Source: a virus
Lineage: Duplodnaviria; Caudoviricetes
DNA: 64,000 bases
Direction: 5' to 3' (one strand)
IMG/VR virus record: IMGVR_UViG_3300021255_002536
Coordinates: 37,138 to 101,137 of that record
Of the stretch, positions 17,901 to 27,700 are shown piece after piece. The stretch's first letter is position 1. Each line of letters opens with the position of its first letter. The position numbers and the translations under genes were made by a program. Under the pieces are notes generated by a model that saw only the letters and a list, made by a program, of their open reading frames with translations, was not told the DNA's origin and ran no database searches.

Positions 17901-20712
17901 GCATCTGCTTCACTACCTCCTTATAGGCGTTGGCCACATCTTCGGCTGTCGATTTTTCAGTCAACATCTTCGAGAGATACTGACCATATTCCTTATTGAA
18001 GTTACGAATGGCAGCATGACGCTGACGGGTGCCCTCCCCTGCTTCATCAATGGCTTTCCTGAAGCGGTCGAGACGGGCATTGGCAATGGCAGACTCGCGA
18101 TTGAAGTCCGACATCGTAGTATTGAAGCCCTCCATCCACTTCGTAGCCTTCTGTGTCTTACCGATAACATCGGCAATGACCATGGCCAGGGAGGTAAGCA
18201 AGGTGATTACAACACCGATAACATTAGCCTTCTGTGCCACATTCAGGGCCTTCCATGCAGCTACGAGTCCATTGGTGCGAAGTGTGGCAATTACAGCGTT
18301 CTGTCCCATCAGACCTATCGAACTTGCCACACCAGTAATAGCTGCTGCAACACCCTTGAACATCAGACCTGCGAGGATGGCAGGTAGCATGTAAAGCAAT
18401 ATCTTCAGTTCGCCGATTATCAGGGCCAACACACCCTTCATCACGCCCATGGTAACGACATTGTTCGTCATCGTCTGACTCAGGTCATACCATGCCTTTG
18501 CCAGCTGCTTCACGCTGTCAACACCATCAGGATTGACAAATGCCTTTTCCCAGATGTTACCTGCACGCTCCATGAGAGCGTTTGCCGTTTCCTGCTGGAT
18601 AGCGTACTCTTTAGAAACAGCCGTAGCCTCCTGGAAGGCTTCTTCTGAGGTTGCCAGGTGCTCCTTCAGCATATCCACATTCTTCGACATTGTGACCATC
18701 ACGTTCACCAGTCGGGCACCCTCAGAACCGAGATCCTTAAACACGCTTTGCAGGGCATTCATATTTCCCTTCTCACGCATTTGCTCGAATACCAATACCA
18801 TCGCATCCACAATCTTACCGGCAGAATACAGACGGTTGATGGTACCAGGCTCAATGCTCAATTCCTTCTCAATCAGGTTGTGCTTTGTCTGGAGGCTCGT
18901 TATGAACTTGTTAAATGCCGTAGAAGCCACTTCAGGCATCAAAAACATCGAGTCGGCTGCTGATCCCAAACCTAAGAGCTGGTCAGTCGTGATACCTGCG
19001 GTGCGGGCCATACCGGTGAGTCGTTTCGAAAACTCCACGATATTGCCTGCGGTGGCGGTAGAGGTTGCAGCCAACTGGAACATAGCAGAACCGGTGGCCA
19101 ACATCGATTTCTCTACTCCCATCTTCGGTATCAGACCCATTACCTCGGTAATCTTCGAGAGAGCTGTCAGTGCATCAGCTCCCAGATCTTCTTTCAGGGC
19201 TACGTTTACCTGGTTGGCAGCACGAGTGAAACCTTCAAGTCCCTCGATACCATATTTTGCCATACCGAGTTTTGCACCGGCATAGGCGATTTGGTTCAAT
19301 TCCTGAATAGTGGTACGTGTATCGAGTTTTGCCAAACGGACAGCCAACTCATCAATAGACTTCATGGCTAATCCTGACACCTTACGAATGTCTGCCAACT
19401 GGTCACTGAAGGCGAAATTATCCTTAAACACCTTCGTCACCTTACGGATGGCGATAGAGAACATCTGGAAGGCACCGAAGTAGGCGGTCATATTCTTCAG
19501 CGTCGTACCCCAAGCGGATGACTGTTGCTGTACGGCACCCGTCGTTTTGTTAATCTCAGCACGAAGAGCGGCCAACTGCTTCTGCTTACTGGTAAACTCA
19601 CCCGTGCGACGGGTCATGGTGGCAATCTCCTGCTCCAACTGTTTTGCAGCCTGCTTCAATTTCTCCAAGGGTGTGGTTTTTAGGTTGGCCATAACCTTGT
19701 TGATATCGATAGCTCTCTTATCCACGTTGGCGAGGGCCGTTTCCAGTTGCTTGGCCCACTGCACCCATGCCTTACGGCGAGGATCGCCAGTACCCATCTT
19801 ATCCAACTGAGCACGACAGGCTTCCAAGCCCTTACGCAGTTGCTCCGGAGTGGCGGCATTCAGATTCTTGGTGAGTGCATTTACACTCTTAGCCACCTCC
19901 TTCGTTGTAGGGATGGCTTCTTTCTCCTTACCGGCTATCTTATCCAGTTCTAACTCCGTCTGCTTCAACAGCGCATTGATCTGTTCAATCTCTTTTTTCT
20001 TAGCCTCTGTAGTAGGACTGATAGTGTCACGCTTGGCCAACAGAGCACTACGGGCATCACGCAGTTGGGCAGCACTGGCACCACCGGCAGTCATTGTCTG
20101 TACGGCGGTGGCGTAGTTAGCATTGATGGTATTCATCGACCTTGCAGCCGTGCGTTTTGCCTCTTCTGCCTCTAACTTTTTCAGTATGCCTACCTGCACC
20201 TGGTACTCATGGTTTTGTTTGTCGATCGAGGCGATATGCGTCTTTTGCTGACTGATAGCTTTGGAGAGCCAGGAGTCAGTGCGCGACGACAAATCATTGA
20301 TATGCTTACCGATGTTGACGTATGTACCCTCCAGCACCTTTATCTGGTCGTTGATGGCCTTATACTTCTGACGCAGGGAGTCCAGACGCTTCGAGTTCTC
20401 GCTGGTCGAGCTCATTTCCTTCTTCACCTGAGCCAGGGCCAACTTCAACTGACGCAATGACGAATCAGCAAGGTTCTGTGTCACCTTGCTTACCTTGGTC
20501 ATATCTGCCTCGGTATTCTTGATGGCTGCTCGCAGGTCTTTGATGTCCTGGAGCATATTCTTTGCCTTGGCGGTTCCAGCCTTACCAGCGTTATTCAGTT
20601 GCTCGTAAGACTTCGTGAGCTTATCCAACTCCACTTTCATGGCCCTTACAGCGGCCTTCGGTTGGGCGCTGTTACAGGTAATGACGATCTCAGCTTTCTT
20701 ATTCGATGGCAT
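14971..20712 (-). CDS. Phage tail tape-measure protein
   Basis: 1913 aa, helical; TP901-type core (LADIRKVSGL...TRTTIQELNQIAYAGAKLG), hydrophobic segments, C-terminal VGEKGPEMV. Confidence 0.92.
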   Translation of the reverse strand: MPSNKKAEIVITCNSAQPKAAVRAMKVELDKLTKSYEQLNNAGKAGTAKAKNMLQDIKDLRAAIKNTEADMTKVSKVTQNLADSSLRQLKLALAQVKKEMSSTSENSKRLDSLRQKYKAINDQIKVLEGTYVNIGKHINDLSSRTDSWLSKAISQQKTHIASIDKQNHEYQVQVGILKKLEAEEAKRTAARSMNTINANYATAVQTMTAGGASAAQLRDARSALLAKRDTISPTTEAKKKEIEQINALLKQTELELDKIAGKEKEAIPTTKEVAKSVNALTKNLNAATPEQLRKGLEACRAQLDKMGTGDPRRKAWVQWAKQLETALANVDKRAIDINKVMANLKTTPLEKLKQAAKQLEQEIATMTRRTGEFTSKQKQLAALRAEINKTTGAVQQQSSAWGTTLKNMTAYFGAFQMFSIAIRKVTKVFKDNFAFSDQLADIRKVSGLAMKSIDELAVRLAKLDTRTTIQELNQIAYAGAKLGMAKYGIEGLEGFTRAANQVNVALKEDLGADALTALSKITEVMGLIPKMGVEKSMLATGSAMFQLAATSTATAGNIVEFSKRLTGMARTAGITTDQLLGLGSAADSMFLMPEVASTAFNKFITSLQTKHNLIEKELSIEPGTINRLYSAGKIVDAMVLVFEQMREKGNMNALQSVFKDLGSEGARLVNVMVTMSKNVDMLKEHLATSEEAFQEATAVSKEYAIQQETANALMERAGNIWEKAFVNPDGVDSVKQLAKAWYDLSQTMTNNVVTMGVMKGVLALIIGELKILLYMLPAILAGLMFKGVAAAITGVASSIGLMGQNAVIATLRTNGLVAAWKALNVAQKANVIGVVITLLTSLAMVIADVIGKTQKATKWMEGFNTTMSDFNRESAIANARLDRFRKAIDEAGEGTRQRHAAIRNFNKEYGQYLSKMLTEKSTAEDVANAYKEVVKQMRAKIALQMKEKDIEKQVAPRIGWQADRLTEYDQQAGGTAYNGTWLKAYVDDMREAGKSVEEINRELAKKLGVNSTIAQDAYNKRSQKSPTTYFDAKTAQSQIGFGMEPDAGAVRNNSRQLTQQEKMLYAATRYAAQVYSTANALDKVNKKWEPFQEDIVKAVDESPGTLDNEAPDKEEAARRKREEAERRKALRAEMKEEQGKAKAIIDNVKNYYERQITAITEMATEGGMDPQLQKKLVDGMTIRMNSALANVRQAIAGTENEWQQFRETMIQDLYEPLGDDGTNQSTQLLDDIIHNDIDKLKEMITTLSKELGQNGSVLLDQIWRKATENELQNAKKENQAYQERQKLLLEKNYTGKVNKDYEGQMEQLGLAELTSGQTQNLMQFSKDGNKAGIQTAVAERSKMWQEAFLNAREHIVDVFATDVSTEEGQKAMLTLLFGPDYEKNVGGSWLAGILNMDLQQWQVFYQKLIEMSDAYTDAQKKAYDEAKRRADFVFNNRSDVQQIDQTTTTLSDESSYVQRFETDKSVAQQMGLTWNMESDPEVMRYRLLAERAKLYYEEMDRLRQQDKISEQQLTEAKRQMMDAQNAMADKVAAKFQERIGLLQSFSEPLATFAEGVGEKLGNMIAETEDSNIKLRDLAKDMLKAYAKMTIQMIAEDLTRRVKRQLYYRQEEADETQHQATMLQIQQAFATIMQTVQATSDATRLAQHQTANATELSEEAAATTGKVSLGIAGGAAKIIGTLGFWGIPLIAVISALLMGLLSWAISAALGGSDSGAEASGQNVKLATGMLTYDSGNVQSFGGGQQGQTQTVVGNDGNVYQTQHVDKLSTGLVTKPISTMVNGQPAVVGEKGPEMVIGRETTQAMMMNRPDLMNEIVKFDKNRSGMHYRMYDEGNLADFAEGMAGTDAAAAPSLSQEDVQQLRGAITEFTAMMLLLQKNGLHVNKYGRGGIAEEAEDGAQFMGRYSGSRLWNKKK

Positions 20713-20742
20713 ACTTCACCTATTATATTATTATTACTGCCA

Positions 20743-20779
20743 CAAAATTACGAAATCCGGAGGCTGACCTTGTGACAAA
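20743..20779 (-). promoter_or_regulatory. TGTCAC-class (putative late) promoter
   Basis: TTTGTCAC-N21-TAATTTTG upstream of the tape-measure gene. Confidence 0.7.
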
Positions 20780-20790
20780 GGGGTATGCAG

Positions 20791-20829
20791 AAAAAGTCCG
20801 GAGCGGGTCATCGCGACAGGCTCCGGACT
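20791..20829 (-). terminator. Intrinsic terminator
   Basis: AGTCCGGAGC/GCTCCGGACT stem followed by a U-run on the minus strand. Confidence 0.75.
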
Positions 20830-20878
20830 ATCTGATTTATTCAGAAGTTGTTTGTCAATTAGAAAAAGACCATATTCA

Positions 20879-21451
20879 TTACTTTTGTTTCGCGTTATCG
20901 ATAGCCAGTTTCACATCATCCCAGGCAGCCATGACGAAGTTCTCGGTGTCGGGATTATATTCGCCCACGTAGGTAATGGCAGCTTTTGCATCACCCTCTA
21001 CATGGTCGTTGATCACGAAAAACTCGAAGGGTTCAATCTTCGGCGGCTGCACAGCGTCGGACTCTATCTGTTCACGCACGGCGCGACGGATGCGATCCAG
21101 TTCGCCAGGGTTCACCTTCACGCCCTGCTCAATCCTTGCATTCACGGCCTTGCGCTGTTCATCACGCACATGTTTATCCCACGCTTCGGCCATCAGCTTA
21201 TTCATCAGATAGAGGTAGGTGTTATTCAGGAAGCGTTGCCAGTGGTCGGCACCACGTCCCAGCATGACAATGGCCAACGGCTCGGCCACGTACAGACGGC
21301 GCTCCTGCTGGTTCCATGCCAATAGGCCCTTCGTCATCAGTGTTTCCAACGAACCGAAAACCGATGCCGTCTGATGCAGATCTTTCAGGTCAGCCTTACG
21401 CTTCCTGTGTTCCCTCCACGCTTTCAGCGGGTTCTTCAGTCGTATCTTCAT
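20879..21451 (-). CDS. Hypothetical protein
   Basis: 190-aa ORF. Confidence 0.75.
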   Translation of the reverse strand: MKIRLKNPLKAWREHRKRKADLKDLHQTASVFGSLETLMTKGLLAWNQQERRLYVAEPLAIVMLGRGADHWQRFLNNTYLYLMNKLMAEAWDKHVRDEQRKAVNARIEQGVKVNPGELDRIRRAVREQIESDAVQPPKIEPFEFFVINDHVEGDAKAAITYVGEYNPDTENFVMAAWDDVKLAIDNAKQK

Positions 21452-22058
21452 GCTCTACGGGTTTTTCGTTATTATCTTCGGGCTGTTCGGCAGCGGCCTC
21501 CGACGGCTTCTCATCCGTTTCCTCAGCGGCTTCCTTGCCCTTCTTTCCACCTTTTCGACCTGCCAGACGGAACAGCGACCATGCCGACGATACCAGCATG
21601 TCGATGCGCTCCTGGTCGGTGCCTACATAAGTGGTATAGTGATACTGTCCTGGTGTGACCACACTCAGCAAAGCACCCTGCACGATGACGGTGGCTTTCT
21701 CACCCTCTATCACCAGCAGCGACTCCACCACCGAGTCATGGTGTCTCGCAGTCAGCGGGAAGTCCATGCCCAACTGTGAGCGCATCAAGGCCGTCTGGTC
21801 GTCTTTGGTCAGGATGGCCACCTCTTTCAGCCACTCGCGCTGGCGATACCAGAGCAACAGTCTTAGCATTGGAATATCTATCGTCGGGATGACGATCTTC
21901 ACGGTCAGAGAGTTGCCTGCCAGACAACTAATGGCTTTCATCAGTTTATCGAAGGTCACATCACCATTCGATTGCCACGTAGCAAGCGGATACTTTTTCA
22001 GCAGCTGCGGCAACTGGTGCCCTATGCAGCACGGCTCCATAATAGAAAACGTTTCCAT
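21396..22058 (-). CDS. Hypothetical protein, possibly a degenerate phospholipase-D-like fold
   Basis: 220 aa alpha/beta pattern with acidic tail; no intact HKD motif, so the fold call is weak. Confidence 0.6.
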   Translation of the reverse strand: METFSIMEPCCIGHQLPQLLKKYPLATWQSNGDVTFDKLMKAISCLAGNSLTVKIVIPTIDIPMLRLLLWYRQREWLKEVAILTKDDQTALMRSQLGMDFPLTARHHDSVVESLLVIEGEKATVIVQGALLSVVTPGQYHYTTYVGTDQERIDMLVSSAWSLFRLAGRKGGKKGKEAAEETDEKPSEAAAEQPEDNNEKPVEHEDTTEEPAESVEGTQEA

Positions 22059-22089
22059 ACTATATACCTTTTTAAATATTAATACGCCA

Positions 22090-22126
22090 CAAAGTTAGGA
22101 GTAAAACGACGTAACCATGTGACAAA
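22090..22126 (-). promoter_or_regulatory. TGTCAC-class (putative late) promoter
   Basis: TTTGTCAC-N21-TAACTTTG. Confidence 0.7.
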
Positions 22127-22600
22127 CATTTTCGGGGAACCACGAATTTCACGAATTACACGAATTTACACTGCAATACGATTTTCTTTCGCCAGACGAT
22201 AGCATAAAGCCTCGCAAAGCACACGGGCATACTCTACACCTGTAGAAGTACCTCCAACCCCACAAAACAAATCAATATATAATAGCTTTATCATAGCGTC
22301 AATAATAATATCATAAGGATTAGCAACAATAGCTGCTGAAGAAGGGATAGACGGAAGCGGATATCGGCACGGATGTAGGATCTGCTGTGCCAGGGATGAC
22401 CGTCGTACACTTTATTATAAATATCGTTGGGGTCAACACTCAAAATCCGCATAATGTTATGCCCAATATCGGACGGATGGATAGGATGCCACCAACCACC
22501 AGCATCACCGGCTCCGATACATACATTCCGGATAACACGGTGTAGCCTGGGCGAGTTATGACACTGCCCATTATGCCGGTTATGGCGCTGGAGTATGAGG

Positions 22601-22963
22601 TTAGCTTTCATCGGAATGGTTCGACTGTTTATCACTCCACTGGAGGTTGGTCACGTCGTTGTTTTCCTTATTGCCATCGATATGCAACACGTAGGGATAA
22701 TCACATGGATTAGGGACGAAGTGGGTAGCCACAAGGCGATGCACCTTATACGTCTTACCTTCAATCCGGACACGGCGATAACCCTTACCATTATACGATG
22801 CTATCACACGCCACGTCTTAGGATCTGACAGTACGTTACGTGTCGAGCGCACAGTACCGTCATCGAATATGAAGTAGAAAGTGTGGCCCGCTGTCTGAAA
22901 GAAGCAGGCGCACTCTCTACGAGTATTCATATCATCAATTATGGCTTTCTTTGTTTCACTCAT
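22601..22963 (-). CDS. HNH endonuclease (HNH_3 type)
   Basis: GY.RV....VHRLVA.HF.PNP....V.HIDGNK.NN...NLQW. Confidence 0.88.
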   Translation of the reverse strand: MSETKKAIIDDMNTRRECACFFQTAGHTFYFIFDDGTVRSTRNVLSDPKTWRVIASYNGKGYRRVRIEGKTYKVHRLVATHFVPNPCDYPYVLHIDGNKENNDVTNLQWSDKQSNHSDES

Positions 22964-22964
22964 A

Positions 22965-24113
22965 CTAATTCAACTGCATGGGCATGGTGAGCTCAGTAAG
23001 TACGGAATTGTCGGCATCCTCTTTGAACAGGATGGGCTTCGAGTTAGAAGTGAGTTCCAGGCGCACATTGTCGGTACTGATGTTACACAGCAATTCGATG
23101 ATATGCGCACACTTACAACCGATACTGAAGCCGTCGGGGATATTCATGGCATCCTCCACCTCGGCGAGTACCAGATTCTCGTTGGCAGCCTTAGAAAAAT
23201 CGTTATCCTCGGCAGAGAGATTCAGGAACATGCCTTCCTTAGTCAGTCGTACCATATTCGACGACTCCGAGGCCATCAGCGACACACGACGGGCAGCACC
23301 TATCAGGTTCGAAACGGGCAGGATAGCATGATAGGGGCATTCCGACGGGATAACTGAATTGTAGTTGGGATATTTACCTTCGATATCGCGGATGGTAAAG
23401 GCGATGTCACCAGACTCGATACACATGTGCTTACCATCGTGGGTCACAGTAACGGTTTCCAGACCGGCGAACGGTGCGGAGAGGGTACCGATGAGCGAGT
23501 TGTGTATCAGGATGACACGCTTCTCACCCGTCAGGAACGGAAGGCCATGCTGGTAGGCATACTTATAAAGTTTATGACCATTGGTAGCCACGAAGATAAC
23601 ACCCTCATCCTGCACATCGAGACATACGGCACTGAATACGGGACGCAAAGGATCGTCAGGCGTACAGCACGAGGTGGCAGCCTTCATCGCGGGGAACAGG
23701 ATTTTTGTCTCTATCTCGAAACTGGTGGTCGGGGTGGTCATCTTTGCCACAGCGGGATATTCATCGGCACGCTCTACGGGGACGCTCACCATACCAGTGG
23801 CATACTTGAACTTCGCCACCAATGCCTGCATATCCACATCGATCTCCACAGGCTGCTCAGGCAGTGAGCCCAACAGTCCGATGATATCATTACACTGGAG
23901 GCAGAACTTCTCAAAGTCCGTCTCGCTGTCGAGCGTCAGATTGATAGGCATGCACAACGAGTTTTCCTGTGATGAACCAGTGATAAAGAATTTACCATCA
24001 CGCTCGGTAAAGAGGTGGTCGAGCAATATCGGCAGCGAACACTTCTTCTGCATCACGGCTCCAGTGGCCTTCAGCACACGGAGCAATTCTTTTGCGGAAA
24101 CATTAAACCTCAT
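22965..24113 (-). CDS. dnaN: DNA polymerase III beta sliding clamp
   Basis: 382 aa; LPIL, RPVFSAV, VATNGHKL, IEGKYPNYNSVIP, C-terminal LTMPMQL. Confidence 0.93.
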   Translation of the reverse strand: MRFNVSAKELLRVLKATGAVMQKKCSLPILLDHLFTERDGKFFITGSSQENSLCMPINLTLDSETDFEKFCLQCNDIIGLLGSLPEQPVEIDVDMQALVAKFKYATGMVSVPVERADEYPAVAKMTTPTTSFEIETKILFPAMKAATSCCTPDDPLRPVFSAVCLDVQDEGVIFVATNGHKLYKYAYQHGLPFLTGEKRVILIHNSLIGTLSAPFAGLETVTVTHDGKHMCIESGDIAFTIRDIEGKYPNYNSVIPSECPYHAILPVSNLIGAARRVSLMASESSNMVRLTKEGMFLNLSAEDNDFSKAANENLVLAEVEDAMNIPDGFSIGCKCAHIIELLCNISTDNVRLELTSNSKPILFKEDADNSVLTELTMPMQLN

Positions 24114-24133
24114 AACTCAATTTGTTTAATCCG

Positions 24134-24751
24134 TTAGAATGGCAGATCGTCGGGTGCTTCTTCGCCTCCGAAGGGGTCTGCATAGTCTGTTGGTGCCTGG
24201 GTAGAGTAGCCAGTCACGCCCTGAGCGACGGGTGCGCTGCTGTTACGTGGCTGCTGCTGGGTGTTCTGTTCCTCGATGAGATACGAGTCACCCATCTGGA
24301 AGGGCATCAGCGTAGAGATAGCCTTTGCCAGGTCGGTGCCCTGCGTGTCGGTCTGGTTAGCCAATTCCGGATGCTCGGCAATCACACGTTTGGCGAGGAC
24401 GGCACGGATCTTGGCACGCTTCTCTTCGGGCAACGTGTAGCATACCGAATAGGCAGGCACGTTATAGGCGGTAATCTGTTCGCCCTCACGGGTCAGACGG
24501 TCGCGAATGGTCTGGATATACTTACCACTCAGTCCACGATGTACGAAGGTGAGGAAGGCACGGAAACCGCTGGCATTGCGCTTGCCTTCATCGCGGGTAT
24601 CGGCCTTGATGTCGATGCCGTTGATACCGGTGGGAATGAAAATACCAGGAATCTTCACCTTACCTTTGCCGTCGGCGGTTGGAAACTCCGGCTCAATGTA
24701 ACGGGCTCCAGTGAAAATGCCCGCGTCAATAGAAAAACGATACTTTGACAT
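24134..24751 (-). CDS. Putative single-stranded DNA-binding protein
   Basis: Q/P-rich linker and acidic DDLPF tail; lies between clamp and primase-helicase. Confidence 0.55.
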   Translation of the reverse strand: MSKYRFSIDAGIFTGARYIEPEFPTADGKGKVKIPGIFIPTGINGIDIKADTRDEGKRNASGFRAFLTFVHRGLSGKYIQTIRDRLTREGEQITAYNVPAYSVCYTLPEEKRAKIRAVLAKRVIAEHPELANQTDTQGTDLAKAISTLMPFQMGDSYLIEEQNTQQQPRNSSAPVAQGVTGYSTQAPTDYADPFGGEEAPDDLPF

Positions 24752-24789
24752 ATTACTATATTTTAAAGTGAATAATTATCAATTCTCAA

Positions 24790-27700
24790 TTAGAAGGGAA
24801 GATCTTCCTCTTGTGGCTGCTGTGTGGCAGCGGTCTCTACGGTTCCCGTCGCTTGGGGTGCGGGGTTGGTGGCGGTGCGCTTACGCTGCTTGGCATCGAG
24901 GTATGAACGCCAGCGGTTCTGTTCCTCTTCGGTCAGTCTCACCTCATTACCATTGTCATCACAGATAGGTGCGGGGTCAGGGGCATTCAGAAACGAGGTA
25001 TATACCTTCATCAGTTCGTCATTGTTGGCGGGGATGCTGTCTTTGCCCTGACGGTAGAAATACACGGCATGCTCGGTACGCACGAGTTCACGGATCTGCT
25101 TCGGTGCGATGGTCGCATCATCCTCCCACTCACGGCCCTCGAAGTAACGGCGCGTACACCATGCCTGGTGCGCGAAGTAGTTGGTCTGCTCGGCCTTCTT
25201 CAGCACCTTACCATCAGCACGCCTGAAGAGTTGTGGCGGGTTCATCACAATACCGGCTGTCTCGCAGTAGTCCAGAATACGACGCTTGAAGGCTTTGGGC
25301 GAGAACGAGTCGGTCTTGTTTTTCGAGGCTTCGGCGAAGTCGCTCTTGTATTCCTCCAACATCGAGTCGAGATCCACGGGGACACCATAGACATGCTCCT
25401 GGGCAAAGAACACACGGGCGAAACGCAGGAAGGCTTCGCCCAACGACTGCGTGAGGGTACGCTGCTCCATGTATTTCTTCTGGGCATCGACCTTCTCATC
25501 ATAGCGCATCACAAACTGCACGGCGAGCGCACAGATCATCGCTATCTGATTGCGCGAGGTGGCCGACAGCTTATCAGGCGACACAGCATTGAAGTCGGGC
25601 ATGATATCCGAGATATAGCGGGCTGCCTTATTCTTCATAATATTCTGACCACAGAAGCGGTGCGAAAAACCTCCCATGCAGACACGACGCATGGTAGAGT
25701 CGTCGAGGTCATGCAGCGGATAGTTCGATGTGACCACATGCCCAGGGCCTTCGCTCAATGGGATGGTGATACGATCCTTATACATATAACGCACGCTGAA
25801 ATCACCAGTGGTCAGGTTGTAGAGCTTACCGAAATCGAGCGAGGCATCCACATCCTCCCAATGCACCACGCGGTGCTTATGGTGCTGGTACTCGGCGAGG
25901 TTGGCCGAAAACTCTTTATTGCTTATCAGGTCGCGTCCGTTGATGTTCAGGATATGGGCCGCACAACCGGCAAAGATACGCACGAAGGTACTCTTTCCTG
26001 AGCCACCTTCTGCACGGTTGGCTGCTGATACCACATTCTCGATAAGATAACTGATGCAGTTCGATTTAGAGTCACGATAGCGCCAGAGCATACGACCCAG
26101 ACAGAAGATAAGATTGGCAAAGCGACAGTCGAGTTCCATCTGTTCCTCGCTGCTGAATTGCTTACCATCGTGAAGCAGCTGCTGTTCCTGTTCCCATTCC
26201 TCATTGGCAAAGCCACGGATGACGCGCAGGGTGGGCCACATTTCATCTTCGTGCTTACCCTTCCAGTCCACAATCCACCGGTGACTCTGCGCCCACAATG
26301 CCAGTTCGTTCTTTTCCTGCTCCAACTGCACCAGCGTATAGAGCGGTTTGCCCAAGTCATCCTTTTCATTCTGCTTACGGGCAATGGCGCTCAAACGCTC
26401 CTGGTACTCCGGATTCTCTGAGATAGAGAACGGCAATTCCTTCAATGGCTGGATGTTCCAATGCAACTTCTCGGCACGCTCCACATTGAAGTCTATCTGG
26501 TCGTAAGGCAACAGGGTTATCTCATTGTCGGTAATCCTGAGTGCGCCATTCTCATAGAAGAAATGCTCAATGTGTCGGCCATAGCCTTCGTTATAGTTCA
26601 GCTTCACGCTGGGCAGCGAGGCAATGGTCTTTTCGTTGATCTCCTTATTGGCTCTCAACACGGCCTGCACCATCAACTCGTATTCGTCGGGCATACCAGG
26701 ACGGCTATCGTTCAACTGACGGGCATACGCCTTCAACTGTTCGATGGTGGCCTGCACCATAGAGGATGGTTCCAGTTCGTCGGCAAACGGGCCGTCAATA
26801 TGAACAAAGCGGCCTATCTTATCCGCTTCGTCTGGGCGCACGTCACGGGCATAGCCAGCCGATGCCATAAACTCCCAGAGCGTCGCGGGATTGATGGTAT
26901 AGTACACCTCTTTTACAAAGCCGTTCTTATCCCTTTTCTCTTTTCGCTCGAAGGGGTCGCTGGATAATGCCGACGTGATACAGCTGCTGAAGAGGCGGTT
27001 GATATCCTCATCGTTCTGGAAGGCTTCTCGCGGCAACATACGGTATGCCAGGAAGAAATCTCTCACCGTCTGTACGGGATGACAGAACAATCGGGGAAAA
27101 TACAGATGGATGCGGTCACTGATGCCTTCGGGCAGTTCGGCACGCAGGATGTCACGATAGCGACAGCTGATGTCGCGGGCCTTCAGGGTGGTCTTGGTGG
27201 CCGACGGGTAGAGGGTGTAGATGCTCTCGGCAAAGCGGTGCATCTTATTATAGTGTACGCTGCTGAATGGGACGTTTCCGTAGGGGAAACACACATGGTA
27301 CCAACGATTGCCGAATGCCTTCGGATAGGTACAGCGCAAAGCCTTCAGATGGTAATAGGTGGCAATGGCATCCTGAGCGGTGGTGCAATAGATAACGGCA
27401 CGGGCCTTCATGTCTTTGGTCTCGATAGGCACATCCACCTGTTCCAGTACGGTATTACCCTTGCCGTTCACGGTGGACTGCCATTCCTTCGTGGTCTTAC
27501 TGATATTGCCATCTTCGAGCTCTTCCTCTTCCAGTTCCTTGATAGCGGCAGCCACACCGGTACGGTCGCTATTGCGGAGTTCGACGGCACGAAGGAAAAC
27601 CTTATCGCCAGCCAACCAACGGCTGACCTTCGCGGGCGTATGTTCCTCGGTGGTACTGAATACCATCGGCGGCTGCTCTTCGATGGCCGGTCTGAAGATG

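Noticed and set aside
15427-19285. Long + strand ORFs opposite the tape-measure gene, and similar antisense ORFs elsewhere
   Set aside because: Shadow frames of real genes with no motifs of their own.
22291-22635. 114-aa minus-strand ORF after the HNH gene
   Set aside because: Odd composition and no recognisable family; coding status cannot be supported either way.
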